This document shows, piece by piece, positions 23,396-33,883 of a stretch of 64,000 nt of DNA. The notes beneath the pieces were generated by a model, which saw only the letters and a program-made list of their open reading frames with translations, was not told where the DNA came from and did not search any database. The DNA comes from an uncultured cyanobacterium. GTDB lineage: Bacteria; Cyanobacteriota; Cyanobacteriia; Cyanobacteriales; Cyanobacteriaceae. The stretch spans positions 160,001 through 224,000 of the forward strand of contig CAVQBA010000005.1 of assembly GCA_963710605.1 (NCBI GenBank). The letters run 5' to 3'. Position numbers and translations under genes: made by a program. The first letter of the stretch is position 1. Every line of letters starts with the position of its first letter.

Positions 23396-24382
23396 TTAAG
23401 TAAGTTTTTTCTTTTTACTATTAAATAATTGGCGAAATTTGTATGGAATCATGAATAATATACTGCCTGGTATTCCCCATTGGCAAAGCAATAACCTTAT
23501 TCTTAAAGAAAGAGTCGGAGTAACTTTGTTAAACCCAGACGTTGCTATAGATTCACATCTATTCGCTAATACACTTTGATTCGCTAGACGTAGTTTACAA
23601 CTTAATTTAGCCATTTTACTAATTAGTAATCTTTTAAGATTAATTGAAATATCTTCCCTATCTAAAATGTGTTTAAGAAAATTTTCTTTACAATAAACAC
23701 TTACTTCTAAAGAATGACCAAAACTTAAATGATCTGAATTACCTCTTCTCAAACTAGCAACTATATCTTTTATTCCTATCGGATTTTTGGCTAAACATAG
23801 TGCTTTTTGTATAAATTCAGTGTCTTGTCCTGATTTTATTCTTCGATCCCATTTTCCCACTTGCTTGAGGAGCGAACGGTGATAAAAAACCCTTAATGTT
23901 ATCACAACAATTTCTCCTTTAATAACATGTTCGATTTGTTTTTTATCTGAGTAACCATAAACAGTTGAAGTTATGGAGTTATCTTCATGATTAAAAATAT
24001 CGTATCCAGTCAAAATCAAGTCTGCTTCATCATTTCCAAACACTTTGTTGACAGTTTCTAAAGCGTGGGGATAAATACGATCGTCTGAATCCAAAAAATA
24101 AATAAAATCACCCGTCGAAGAATCATATCCCTTATTTCTGGCTGAAGCTGCTCCAGAATTGTTTTGATAAATGTAATTGATGATTAATCGATCTGGTTCC
24201 GCATTTTTCGTTTTCCATTCTTGAATAACTTGAGAAGAGTTATCGATCGAACCATCGTCAACAATGACTACTTCAATGGGACGATATGATTGTTGCTTAA
24301 CTGAATTAAGAGTAGCTTCAATTATATTAGCTCTATTATAAACGGGAATAATAATTGAGTATAATTTGTTTGTTGGAGACAT
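23396..24382 (-). CDS. GT2 family glycosyltransferase (type A, copy 1); start placed at MSPTNK by analogy with paralogues
   Basis: IIIPVYN, VDDGS, ASARN, FLDSDD. Confidence 0.9.
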   Translation of the reverse strand: MSPTNKLYSIIIPVYNRANIIEATLNSVKQQSYRPIEVVIVDDGSIDNSSQVIQEWKTKNAEPDRLIINYIYQNNSGAASARNKGYDSSTGDFIYFLDSDDRIYPHALETVNKVFGNDEADLILTGYDIFNHEDNSITSTVYGYSDKKQIEHVIKGEIVVITLRVFYHRSLLKQVGKWDRRIKSGQDTEFIQKALCLAKNPIGIKDIVASLRRGNSDHLSFGHSLEVSVYCKENFLKHILDREDISINLKRLLISKMAKLSCKLRLANQSVLANRCESIATSGFNKVTPTLSLRIRLLLCQWGIPGSILFMIPYKFRQLFNSKKKKLT

Positions 24383-24828
24383 TTTGACATTATTAATTAT
24401 TAATACTAAAGAACACTTGAATATTCGTATCAATTTTATATTCTATTGTATGTATTATACTTAAAACTGAATAAACTATTGACGGCTAATTTTTAATACC
24501 TTCTCTTACTAAATATGATTATTCTGGGAAAGGGATAAAATGTTTTTATCAAAATAGTACTCCGATTGCATCATTTGATAAAGCGAAGAAAGATTTATCC
24601 TTGCCATTCTTTTTATCTACCGAATATGGCAAACTAGGGCTAATATACATTTAAAGAATCAGAAATCAAGATTAAGTCGGTCTGCATTGATAAATGAAAT
24701 TATCTTTGAACTTAATTCAGATAACAAGTTTACTCTTATCCATAAACAGAACTTTGTTTTTGACCAAAAATAATGAATCAATCTTCACGTTTGAGAAGAA
24801 AAATTATAGATTATCTCTAATTGTGTTT

Positions 24829-26034
24829 TTACTTTAGTAACAAATAATATAAATCTCCTGTCCAATCTACTAATCCTGCTTTGGTTTTAGCTACATCTCC
24901 TGTACCAAAAAATATATCCACTCTTCCTGCCCCTTTAATTGCACTACCTGTATCTTGATCTAATACATAACGACTAACAATTGGTGTCTCTACTTGTGAT
25001 TGCTGATTAATTTGTGGTATTTGGGTGTTGATTAAAGCTAAAGCACCGGGGGGCATAATACTTTTATCAGTAGCGATCGATCTTTCGTCCGTTACAGGCA
25101 CATTAAGGCTACCATAAGCTGGTCTGCCACCTGTTTCTTTAAAAAAGATAAAACGTTTGTTACGGGGTAAATAGATACTTAATTCGGCAGGATGCTCTTC
25201 TAAGTAACGAGTTAAGCGAGGCAAACTCATTTCCTCAGCAGGTACTTTACCATCTTTAATTAATTCTTTGCCTAAACTACTGTAAGGATAATCAGTCGCA
25301 CCATTGTAACCGATTGTCATAATTGTACCATCAGTTAATTCTAGTTTTGCCGAGCCTTGCACTTGGATTAAATATGCCTTGAGACGATCGTTTAACCAAA
25401 CTAATTCATCACCACGTATGGTACTATTAAAACCTAATCCGTCCGTACCTTCTAAATCACGACGAGTAGGGTGAGGTGCTTCCCAAGTTTCAAAATCACT
25501 AGGTTTTCTAAATAAGGGGTAACGATATTCAGCAGTGGGATAACGACTAGCTTTATATACAGGTTGAAAATATCCAGTAAAAGAGACTGTGCCTTGATTG
25601 TCATGCCCGACAGATTGATAAAAAACAAATTCTCTTTCGACGGCTTGTTGTAACTGTTGCGGAGTTTTAGAAGTAAATAATAAAGTGCGAAAACGTCTTA
25701 ATGAAGCAATAACTTTTTCACGACTAAACTCAGTCATCTGATAATCTTGATATGCTTGTTTAGCTTTAGCTGTGTTTAAATAAGTCAAACTATAATCAAT
25801 ACCTTTGATTAATTCTGATTTATCTTTGGTAAATAATTGTTCATCAATAATAGAAACCGAAGGTGTATCAATTCGCTGAAGAGGAAAAGCATCAAGCCGA
25901 ATATTATTAAATACCGTCAAATTGAGACTACAAGCTAATAATGAGCTATATACAATCTGATTAGACTTAAGGTTAAAAAATTGCTTCATATAAGAAGTTA
26001 ATTGGTTATTCATTTTCATCTTCTTTTTGCTCAA
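24829..26034 (-). CDS. mltA: Membrane-bound lytic murein transglycosylase A (start uncertain)
   Basis: FTGYFQP, IQVQGSA, SIATD, DQDTGSAIKGAGRVDIFFG (3D domain). Confidence 0.92.
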   Translation of the reverse strand: MSKKKMKMNNQLTSYMKQFFNLKSNQIVYSSLLACSLNLTVFNNIRLDAFPLQRIDTPSVSIIDEQLFTKDKSELIKGIDYSLTYLNTAKAKQAYQDYQMTEFSREKVIASLRRFRTLLFTSKTPQQLQQAVEREFVFYQSVGHDNQGTVSFTGYFQPVYKASRYPTAEYRYPLFRKPSDFETWEAPHPTRRDLEGTDGLGFNSTIRGDELVWLNDRLKAYLIQVQGSAKLELTDGTIMTIGYNGATDYPYSSLGKELIKDGKVPAEEMSLPRLTRYLEEHPAELSIYLPRNKRFIFFKETGGRPAYGSLNVPVTDERSIATDKSIMPPGALALINTQIPQINQQSQVETPIVSRYVLDQDTGSAIKGAGRVDIFFGTGDVAKTKAGLVDWTGDLYYLLLK

Positions 26035-26304
26035 CTGTTTTGATTGTATATACTAACGAAAAAAATAGACTCTAAAACAAGGGTAATAGTTTCCTTAGCC
26101 CAATTGATTAATCAAAACAAATTAACAGTAATTGATTAGTTAGTTAAAACATTTAACCGCTTCTAATCCTAACTCTCTAGTAATAAAAAAGAAAGTAATA
26201 AGCATAAAAAATAAACGATCGATTAAATAAATTTAATTCTTCACTATCAGTCATTTTCCTTGATTAGTAAGACAAAAAACGTTAGACTAGTAATATTGCT
26301 TTTA

Positions 26305-26387
26305 GCGGATGTGGCGGAATTGGTATACGCGCACGCTTGAGGGGCGTGTGGTCTTAGACCTTGCGAGTTCGAGTCTCGCCATCCGCA
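26305..26387 (+). tRNA. tRNA-Leu (GAG)
   Basis: GCGGATG/CATCCGC acceptor stem, D-loop GGAATTGGTA, anticodon loop TTGAGGG, long variable arm, GTTCGAGTC T-loop. Confidence 0.95.
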
Positions 26388-26529
26388 TTGTCTATCTTTA
26401 CCAGTTCGTATAGTCTTCAGAGTTTTAAGTAAAGTTAGATAAGCTGAATTGATACATTTTTGATTAGCTTGAAATAATCTACTTTTTAAAATTAAAGTCA
26501 AGTAATATTTTCATTAGCCAATATATTAA

Positions 26530-27103
26530 TCAGTTATCGATCGTTTCCTCAACAATATTACCTGAATCATCGTCAAATCGTTCAATAATTTCTAATAATT
26601 TAGCGACAACTCGATCGTATATTTTTTTACGCTGTAATAGTTTGGGTTTTTGGTTACAGGCATTGAGTACTGTTTCTCGTAAGGGTTCTTTACCTGTAAA
26701 ATGATAGGTATTAATCATCTTATCGATCGCTCGCTTCTTGGTTAAGATTTTCTGTTTGACAAAGTTCTTTTACTGCTTTAATTCGCTCTTGATGCCAAAA
26801 TTCATTAAAAATCTGTTCTAGTTTTTCCTCAGGTTCAATTTGAGGCATACGAGTATTAATAAATTTGGTAATAAGACCTCGTTTTTTTCGTAATTGGCTT
26901 TCTTTATCGAGTAACTTAAGAATAGAGTCTTTTTTCTGCTGATATTCTTGGTTTTTATTCTCGTCTTTACTTTCTTTTTGCAGTTGAGCTAATAGTTTGA
27001 GGATATAAGTTATATTGATTTCATCCCTTTGAATTAATTCTAGTTCAAATTTACCCGAACCTGTAGGATACCAAATATAACCGTGTCTCGGCTTTCTCCA
27101 CAA
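26530..27103 (-). pseudogene. hsdR: Type I restriction enzyme R subunit remnant (internally deleted, frameshifted)
   Basis: GYIWYPTGSGK Walker A context joined directly to FELELIQRDEINITYIL, resembling the EcoR124I-type C-terminal domain; frame changes at ~26720. Confidence 0.65.
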
Positions 27104-27235
27104 TACAACGCACCAAATCGATCGATTAGTTACACATTAGCAATTCTTACTTCAAAATTGGAAAATAATAATAATAAAAATAAAAACTCTTAATTTGTTA
27201 TAATTTAACTACTAAATTTTGAGACATTAACTCCC

Positions 27236-29545
27236 TTGCAATCTGCTCTTGATTATTTACCAAATATCGCCGATTTACCTTTAATTCTCGCAGGGACAAT
27301 TTTACGCCGTACCGAACCAGATAAGGTCACAGTTTGGTTAGCATTAAAAGAGGCTCGATCGCTTCGCTTAGAAATATACGCTACTAAAGATCGAGGAGCA
27401 ACGATCGATACTGTACTACTAGAAGGTAATACCGATACGATTCAATTAGGCAAACATCTACACGTAGTTACCATAACCGCCTTTGCAAAGAATGATGTTT
27501 TACTTCAACCAGGAGAAATCTATGCTTATAACGTCTATTGTACCGACGATGGTTATAGTTTGATTGACGATACTCGGATTCACAAATATAATTTAAGTTA
27601 CTTTTCTCACCAACTGCCGACTTTTTGCCTACCGCCAGATAATTTAAATAATCTGAAAATCGTTCATGGCTCTTGTCGTAAGCCCCATGGCGGTGGAAAA
27701 GATAGTTTGTCGTGCTTAGATAATCTAATTGATGATTCATTTTGGGATGCCAATAATCGACCCCATCAGCTATTTTTAACAGGAGATCAAATATATGGAG
27801 ACGATGTCGCCGATGCAATTCTCTGGTTAGCACAAGGTGTTAATCAGCTTCTATTTGGTTGGTCAGAAGAATTACCCTTGCTCCTCGGAACAATTCGTGC
27901 TGATGACTTGCCTCCTGGTAAACGGACAGAAATTGCTCGCATTGAAGGCGGATTGACTGCCATGTTAGCAAATTCACCAGAAAAAGCGAAAAGTCATTTA
28001 TTTAGTTTTGGTGAATATGCGGCAGTATATTTATTATCATGGTCGCCAGTATTTACGCCTTCTAGTTTTCCTTCGGGTAAAAGTTTATTTAAAGATAATA
28101 AACAATCTCGCTATTGGGAAGAAGAAATAGAGGAAACAAAGAGTTTTATCCAAGATTTAAGCCGTGCGAGAAGGGCTTTAGCTAATATTCCGACGTACAC
28201 AATTTGTGATGACCACGATGTTAGTGATGATTGGTATCTCAACCGTACATGGTGCGATCGTGTTTTAGGGAAGCCTTTAGGAAAAAGAATCGTACAAAAT
28301 GGCATTTTGGCTTACGCTTTATTTCAGGCTTGGGGAAATACACCTAAAAAATTTGCACCTGGAACAGGAGGTGAAAAATTGCTACAATTAGCTTCTCGCT
28401 GGTTAGTATCCGAAGGTAACGATACACGAGCAAAAACCGAATGCGATCGTTATTTGGGTATTCCTGCTGTCGATAATACCACTAAATTACCCTTATTAGA
28501 AGAAGATGAAGATGTTTTGATTCTTCAACGGGACGATCGAGCCATTCCTTGGTATTATACCGTTTATGGTAGTAAACACCAGGTGGTTGTGGTCGATACT
28601 CGTGCTTGGCGAGGTTATCCTCAGGGTAAAGATGAAGGATTATTACCGCCGATGTTATTGTCTCCTAAGGCATTTAAACAGCAACTAGAAATCCCCTTAA
28701 GTCAAAGCCCATCGCACATCGAAGCTACCTTTGTTGTTTTACCAACTAATCTAGTTACCTTAAAGCTTATCGATCGAGTTCAAGAGTTTGAATTGAGTCG
28801 TAACCGAGTATTCAATACCGATGTAGGAGATTCGTGGAACTTTAATACTTCTGCTTTTGCTCGACTATTAGTTAGTCTTTGTCAACGAAATAGACCAAGA
28901 AATAATAGCGTAAGAGATAATAGCGTCATTATTCTTTCAGGAGATATTCATTATAGTAGTGCGGTACGAATAACTCATTGGTTTCACGACACTTTAGAAA
29001 CTAATGTCTTAGTTCAATTAACTTCGAGTGCGATTAAAAATTCGGAAACTTCAGCTCGCATTGCTCATACTAAATTCAAATCGTTATTTCGAGAAAAAAC
29101 GCAATTTTGGGTAGGATGGGAGCAACCTTTAAAGCTTAAAAAAGTAAACAAGTCTTTGGGGTGGCGAAAAAAAACTGATTTCAACTCTAATCGATCGCTT
29201 CCTGATTGGCAATATCGCATTGAATGGTGTAAAAGACAACCTGCACAGTCATTATCTTGGCAACAGTCTTCTTTTTCAGAAGAAGAGCAAAATAATCTGT
29301 GGCAAAAAACGATCGAGAAGTTAATTAATTGGTTATGGCGTAATCGTTGGTTACAGGAAGGTTCAGAAGTTGTCGGTAGAAATAACCTCAGTTTAGTAAG
29401 GTTTGAATGCTCGACAACCAAAACTGTTATTCAGGAAACTTACTGGCATCCCCCTTGGAATAGTACTAGTACTGTCAAAAGTCGTTATGAAATTTCTCTT
29501 GAGTCAGATGCTTTACCACCTTTAAAGAAAACCGATGTGATATAG
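27236..29545 (+). CDS. PhoD-like metallophosphatase
   Basis: HGSCRKPH, LTGDQIYGDD, DDHDVSDDW, DTR, LSGDIHY. Confidence 0.85.
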   Translation: MQSALDYLPNIADLPLILAGTILRRTEPDKVTVWLALKEARSLRLEIYATKDRGATIDTVLLEGNTDTIQLGKHLHVVTITAFAKNDVLLQPGEIYAYNVYCTDDGYSLIDDTRIHKYNLSYFSHQLPTFCLPPDNLNNLKIVHGSCRKPHGGGKDSLSCLDNLIDDSFWDANNRPHQLFLTGDQIYGDDVADAILWLAQGVNQLLFGWSEELPLLLGTIRADDLPPGKRTEIARIEGGLTAMLANSPEKAKSHLFSFGEYAAVYLLSWSPVFTPSSFPSGKSLFKDNKQSRYWEEEIEETKSFIQDLSRARRALANIPTYTICDDHDVSDDWYLNRTWCDRVLGKPLGKRIVQNGILAYALFQAWGNTPKKFAPGTGGEKLLQLASRWLVSEGNDTRAKTECDRYLGIPAVDNTTKLPLLEEDEDVLILQRDDRAIPWYYTVYGSKHQVVVVDTRAWRGYPQGKDEGLLPPMLLSPKAFKQQLEIPLSQSPSHIEATFVVLPTNLVTLKLIDRVQEFELSRNRVFNTDVGDSWNFNTSAFARLLVSLCQRNRPRNNSVRDNSVIILSGDIHYSSAVRITHWFHDTLETNVLVQLTSSAIKNSETSARIAHTKFKSLFREKTQFWVGWEQPLKLKKVNKSLGWRKKTDFNSNRSLPDWQYRIEWCKRQPAQSLSWQQSSFSEEEQNNLWQKTIEKLINWLWRNRWLQEGSEVVGRNNLSLVRFECSTTKTVIQETYWHPPWNSTSTVKSRYEISLESDALPPLKKTDVI

Positions 29546-29715
29546 CTAAATGAGTTGTAATCAGGGAATAAAGACAGTTTCAATATTTTGATATTCGTTA
29601 TTAATAATTTGTAAAAATTAAATGGGATTTATTTTGAAATAGTACTATTTAGGTTAGTATGCGATGGAAAAAGTTGGTATTAAGCTATCGATCATTATTA
29701 AGCATTGATATTGTT

Positions 29716-29823
29716 TATAGCGTTTCTCATGGTTATGAAGTACATTTACAATTTACAAGTCCCCCTTGAGAAGGGGGATAGGGGGAGCTTTCTTTGTACT
29801 TCATAATACTAATAATTGCTATA
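29716..29823. repeat. TATAGC...GCTATA MITE-like dispersed repeat with internal CCCCCTT/AAGGGGG hairpin
   Basis: Terminal inverted hexamers, subterminal ATGAAGTACA/TGTACTTCAT; homologous to 45677-45786. Confidence 0.75.
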
Positions 29824-30003
29824 TCTCAAAAATAATTTGGTAGTTAAAAATTTTTGAGAATCAGATACAATCAAAAAATAAAAAAACAGATTAAGCATAG
29901 ACTAAATCCCCCAATTTTGGTGGACTTACTAACAGTAACTGTTGCAAATTTTATTTGAACTGATATTAGATACAATCAAAAAACTAAAAATAATAAAATC
30001 ATT

Positions 30004-30228
30004 ATGAGTTACCAAAATATTATTACGATAGAATCGGGAAAGCGAAGTGGAAAACCCTGTATTCGAGGAATGCGTATAACTGTTTACGATATTTTAGAAT
30101 ATTTAGCAGGTGGAATGACAGAAGCAGAAATTCTTGAAGATTTTTCAGAATTAACCCGTGAAGATATTAAGGCTTGTTTGGCTTTTGCGGCGGATAGAGA
30201 GAAAAAATTATTTATTGCATCTTTATGA
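30004..30228 (+). CDS. DUF433 antitoxin-like protein
   Basis: GKPCIRGMRITVYDIL..GMTEAEILEDF..LTREDIKACLAFA. Confidence 0.9.
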   Translation: MSYQNIITIESGKRSGKPCIRGMRITVYDILEYLAGGMTEAEILEDFSELTREDIKACLAFAADREKKLFIASL

Positions 30229-30557
30229 AATTATTATTAGATGAAAATTTATCAGATCGAATTATTAATAAAATCATTGATTTGTATCCCAATTCTCACC
30301 ACGTCAAAACTTTATCACTCCTCAATACTGATGATTCTCTGATCTGGGAATTTGCCAAATATAATGATTTTGTAATTGTTTCTAAAGACTCTGATTTTCA
30401 CCAACGTAGTTTATTATATGGTCATCCACCAAAGTTTATCTATCTTCGTATTGGTAATAGCCCTACTTCAAAGATTATAGAAATTTTAAGGAGTAATTTT
30501 TTAATTATTATGGAATTTTATAATAGTGAAACAGAAAGTATTCTCATCTTAAGTTAA
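30225..30557 (+). CDS. DUF5615 PIN-like toxin
   Basis: MKLLLDENLS, DDSLIW, SKDSDF; overlaps the antitoxin stop codon. Confidence 0.88.
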   Translation: MKLLLDENLSDRIINKIIDLYPNSHHVKTLSLLNTDDSLIWEFAKYNDFVIVSKDSDFHQRSLLYGHPPKFIYLRIGNSPTSKIIEILRSNFLIIMEFYNSETESILILS

Positions 30558-30654
30558 TTGAGAGCGTTTTTGGGAAGGGCGATCGATCCCTATATAATCT
30601 GGTATATAAAGCAGGAGATAGTTTTCTCAGTTCAGTTTTTATCGCATCAGGATA

Positions 30655-30912
30655 TTATTTTTGTAGTTGTAACCAGTTTTGTCTATTTTGACGATCGATC
30701 GTTATGGTTGTTACTTTTAACTCTATAGCAGTTGCCCTTAATCCTAACTTTTCGTTTTCGACTAAATCTTGTAATTTTTTATGCCACTGTTCGCCATAGC
30801 TAATAATTCGATTCGGTTTATAATTATCTGAGTTGGATGATTCTAAAATAGTTCGACTATAAACCATGCTACAACTACAAGTAAAAGTACCTAAAAGTTT
30901 TTTATTATCCAA
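30655..30912 (-). pseudogene. tnsD: Internal fragment of a TnsD-family Tn7-like target-selection protein
   Basis: GTFTCSCSMVYSR...YGEQWHKKL..L...LGLRATAIELKV (Zn-knuckle plus HTH-like), recognised from TnsD family pattern; no start context. Confidence 0.6.
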
Positions 30913-31132
30913 ACAATGAGTTAAATCTAATTTAATGGTAACAAAACAGAGGAAGTGAGAAAGTTAGATTTGTCTTAATAATGTAATTATTACTACTTTT
31001 TGTCTAGAAAATAATCTTCCTCTTCTATGTTCTGATCAAGATTTTAAACCTTTTGTTAACTACTTAAATTTGATTTTTGCCTAAATCAATTATATAAGTA
31101 AGGCGATGCACCGCCTACCTCTTTTGTTACTA

Positions 31133-32617
31133 TTATCTTTGAATAACTTTTTCTCTTTGGTAAGACAACACCGCTAAATAATAAAATAAAAAAGTAGCCC
31201 ACACTAACCACAGTATATTGATAAAAATGTAACTATTATTTCCATCATTTATTATAGATTCTACTAAGTTTCGATAATGATAAAAAGGCAATAATACTAA
31301 TAAATCTGCTAACCAAGAAAATTTATCGGGAATAGGTATAGGTAATAACCAACAAAAAATGGGAACTAATATTAATGAATATCCTAAAAGAGAATCTGCA
31401 CTTTTTGTTTCGAGAACAAAACCTAATGTAATTCCTAGTAGCCCGAAGGGAATAATGCCAATGATTAATACTAAAATAAGAGCAGATAAATTACTGGTAA
31501 TTTCAATATGTGCTACAGAAGTTATTAAAGAAAAATAAACTACCGTAAAAACTCCACAAATCAGACTAATTGCTGTTAATTTTGCCCCAATATATATGGT
31601 AGGTGCTAATGGGGTTGCTTTGATTAAATTTAACCATTTTTCCGATCGTTCTACCACAATTCTTTTTGCTAATCTATCAATAACAATAGTGAACAAAAAA
31701 ATCCCACAAGTGGCAGTTAATGGTAAACTTAAATCTTCCTTAACAATTTCATTTCCTGATAATTTAAGTAAAAATGGAATTAAAAAAGCAATAAAAAATA
31801 TTCCTAATAAATATAAAGGGGTGCGTAAAATTTGTATTATTTCAAACTTTATTTGTTTGAACAATATCTTTAAATAAGAAGGTGGTTTTACATCATTGAC
31901 AGACTCCAAAGTAGTAATTTCTGTTAATAATGTATCCTCAGAATTTTCAGTTAATTGACTATTGTCTGAGACTTCAGAGTATTTAGTTAAAGTAATAATT
32001 CTAGGCTTTAACATATCTAATTTTTCTCGATCAGATTTATTATTAGTCACCATCAGAATTGTTTTGCTTTCTTCAATACATTCTTTAATCTGTTTCCAGA
32101 AGGCATTATAACCGCTTTCATCTAAATTTCGGGTAGGTTCGTCTAATATTAATAAAGTAGGATTTCCCACTAATGCTAAGGCAAAGTATAACCTTTGTTT
32201 TTGTCCTCCTGATAAGTCTGTAGCCCAAGATTCTGCTTGATCTTTTAAATCTACTTTGCTTAATACTTCTTCTACACTCAAAGAATTAACATAATAACTT
32301 TGCCATAAAGAAATTAATTCTTTGACTTTAATGTTGCTTGGTATTCCAGTGTTTTGAAGTACATAACCTATTTTCATTTTAGAAAGGGGATCTTGAGGAG
32401 ATAAACCCATTAATTTAACAGTGCCATGATTAGGCTTAATTAAACCTAAAATTAAGTTTAATAAGGTAGTTTTTCCTGAGCCATTTTCCCCTTTTAAGAC
32501 TAAAAATTCTCCTTGTTTCAGGTTTAAATTAATATTTTCTAACACTTTATTGCTGTTAGGAGAAAATATATTTTTTCTGAAGGTTTTAGATACTTGTTCT
32601 ATTTCAATTACATTCAT
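31133..32617 (-). CDS. Fused ABC ATPase / ABC-2 type permease exporter
   Basis: GENGSGKTT, LSGGQKQR, ILDEPT, followed by about six TM segments. Confidence 0.88.
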   Translation of the reverse strand: MNVIEIEQVSKTFRKNIFSPNSNKVLENINLNLKQGEFLVLKGENGSGKTTLLNLILGLIKPNHGTVKLMGLSPQDPLSKMKIGYVLQNTGIPSNIKVKELISLWQSYYVNSLSVEEVLSKVDLKDQAESWATDLSGGQKQRLYFALALVGNPTLLILDEPTRNLDESGYNAFWKQIKECIEESKTILMVTNNKSDREKLDMLKPRIITLTKYSEVSDNSQLTENSEDTLLTEITTLESVNDVKPPSYLKILFKQIKFEIIQILRTPLYLLGIFFIAFLIPFLLKLSGNEIVKEDLSLPLTATCGIFLFTIVIDRLAKRIVVERSEKWLNLIKATPLAPTIYIGAKLTAISLICGVFTVVYFSLITSVAHIEITSNLSALILVLIIGIIPFGLLGITLGFVLETKSADSLLGYSLILVPIFCWLLPIPIPDKFSWLADLLVLLPFYHYRNLVESIINDGNNSYIFINILWLVWATFLFYYLAVLSYQREKVIQR

Positions 32618-32645
32618 GTCAAATATTAAGGATCAACAATATTTT

Positions 32646-33053
32646 TTACGAAGCCTGTGTCACAAACCAAATTAATACCGCAATTCCCACCGCCGGAAGT
32701 AAAGAGACTCCCATCGTAGTTGCGATCGCATAACCAGCAATACCACCAATAAGTGCTAGTAAATTACCTGTTGCAGAGTGAGCCGAACCGTTTTCACAAT
32801 TTACACTAGCTACACAGATATTTGTATCCCCAGAAAAAATTGAAACAGTAGCAATGATAGCTACAACTAAAATTCCTCCGAGAATAATAGTTTTCAAATT
32901 CGATGAAAAACCAAATTGATGATTCTTTGTCATCATATTTTCTTGTGGTAATGGAGTCGATAATTTTATCTTTTCTTTATCTTTGATGATGTTAGAAGGA
33001 TTGGTTTGTGTAGAGGTGATGTCTTGAGACTGTGTTTCTGGTTTCATAGTCAT
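32646..33053 (-). CDS. Hypothetical small hydrophobic membrane protein
   Basis: ORF 29 bp upstream of the ABC gene; polar N-terminus, Gly/Ala-rich hydrophobic C-terminus with a Cys pair. Confidence 0.6.
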   Translation of the reverse strand: MTMKPETQSQDITSTQTNPSNIIKDKEKIKLSTPLPQENMMTKNHQFGFSSNLKTIILGGILVVAIIATVSIFSGDTNICVASVNCENGSAHSATGNLLALIGGIAGYAIATTMGVSLLPAVGIAVLIWFVTQAS

Positions 33054-33071
33054 TTACTCTGTTAATGAAAG

Positions 33072-33369
33072 TGTAGAGTGACAATAAAGTTGGTAACTTT
33101 CAACCTATTAAAGCCTTATTACTTCGTCAATAAAAATTGAAACTAAATAAATAAAGTTGGTAACTAAAGACTAACTAAGCTTTTTCTCTACAATTTTAAT
33201 GACAATAAAGTTAGTAACTTTTCTGAAAACTATATAGATGAATGTGTTTACAATATAATTTTTTAAATTAAATTATTAAAACTTTTGTTTAAGATCGCAA
33301 TCGTGCTACGCCTGCCGCTTTAAGCGATCGACAAATCTTTTTGTAATAGGATAATAAAGTTGTATAACT
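33072..33369 (+). mobile_element. Tn7-like transposon end with TnsB-type binding sites
   Basis: TGT-AGAGT then GACAATAAAGTTGGTAACT (33080-33098); further copies at 33126-33144 (degenerate), 33147-33165, 33201-33219, 33350-33369; same layout as the Tn7 end TGT-N5-GACAATAAAGT. Confidence 0.72.
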
Positions 33370-33883
33370 TAGGTAATACCTTATTTTATAATAATCATAT
33401 ACTAGTTATTTAATTAAAAATAAAATCTACTGTCCTAAGCTATCTTCAGTCTTGAAATGTTACATCATTTTCAATAAGATTCGATCGACTTCAGTCGCCG
33501 CTGCGCGATCGTGTAGTACCGTTCTACGCACAATCGCAAATGTGATTAATTGTCAAAATCGATCGAGTAGTAATACTAAGAAATTGAGGAAATGAGAATC
33601 TCTAAAGTTATCATCCGATTAAAAAACTGAGGGAAAATCTAGATTAGTACTACTAAGGCGTATTATTTTGAGAATATGAGAACTCAAAAAGATACACTTA
33701 TTAGTTAATTCATACGATCGCTATTAGTAATTTAATAACTTTGTCATGAAGAGTAAAAGTTATTATTTTTTTTATTTTTCCCTCCAGTGATTGTACTCCG
33801 TAATATCTAAGCTCCTCTTATTTTTAACTTGACGAAATAAATTTCTACAAGTGACAAATAATTTGCCACTTATGGAAATCGAT

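Noticed and set aside
26247-26501. 84-aa minus-strand ORF
   Set aside because: Antisense shadow of tRNA-Leu
33830-33871. TGACGAAATAAATTT / GTGACAAATAATTTGCCAC resembling type V-K CAST TnsB sites
   Set aside because: Only two weak sites, no TGTACA terminus, no cas12k
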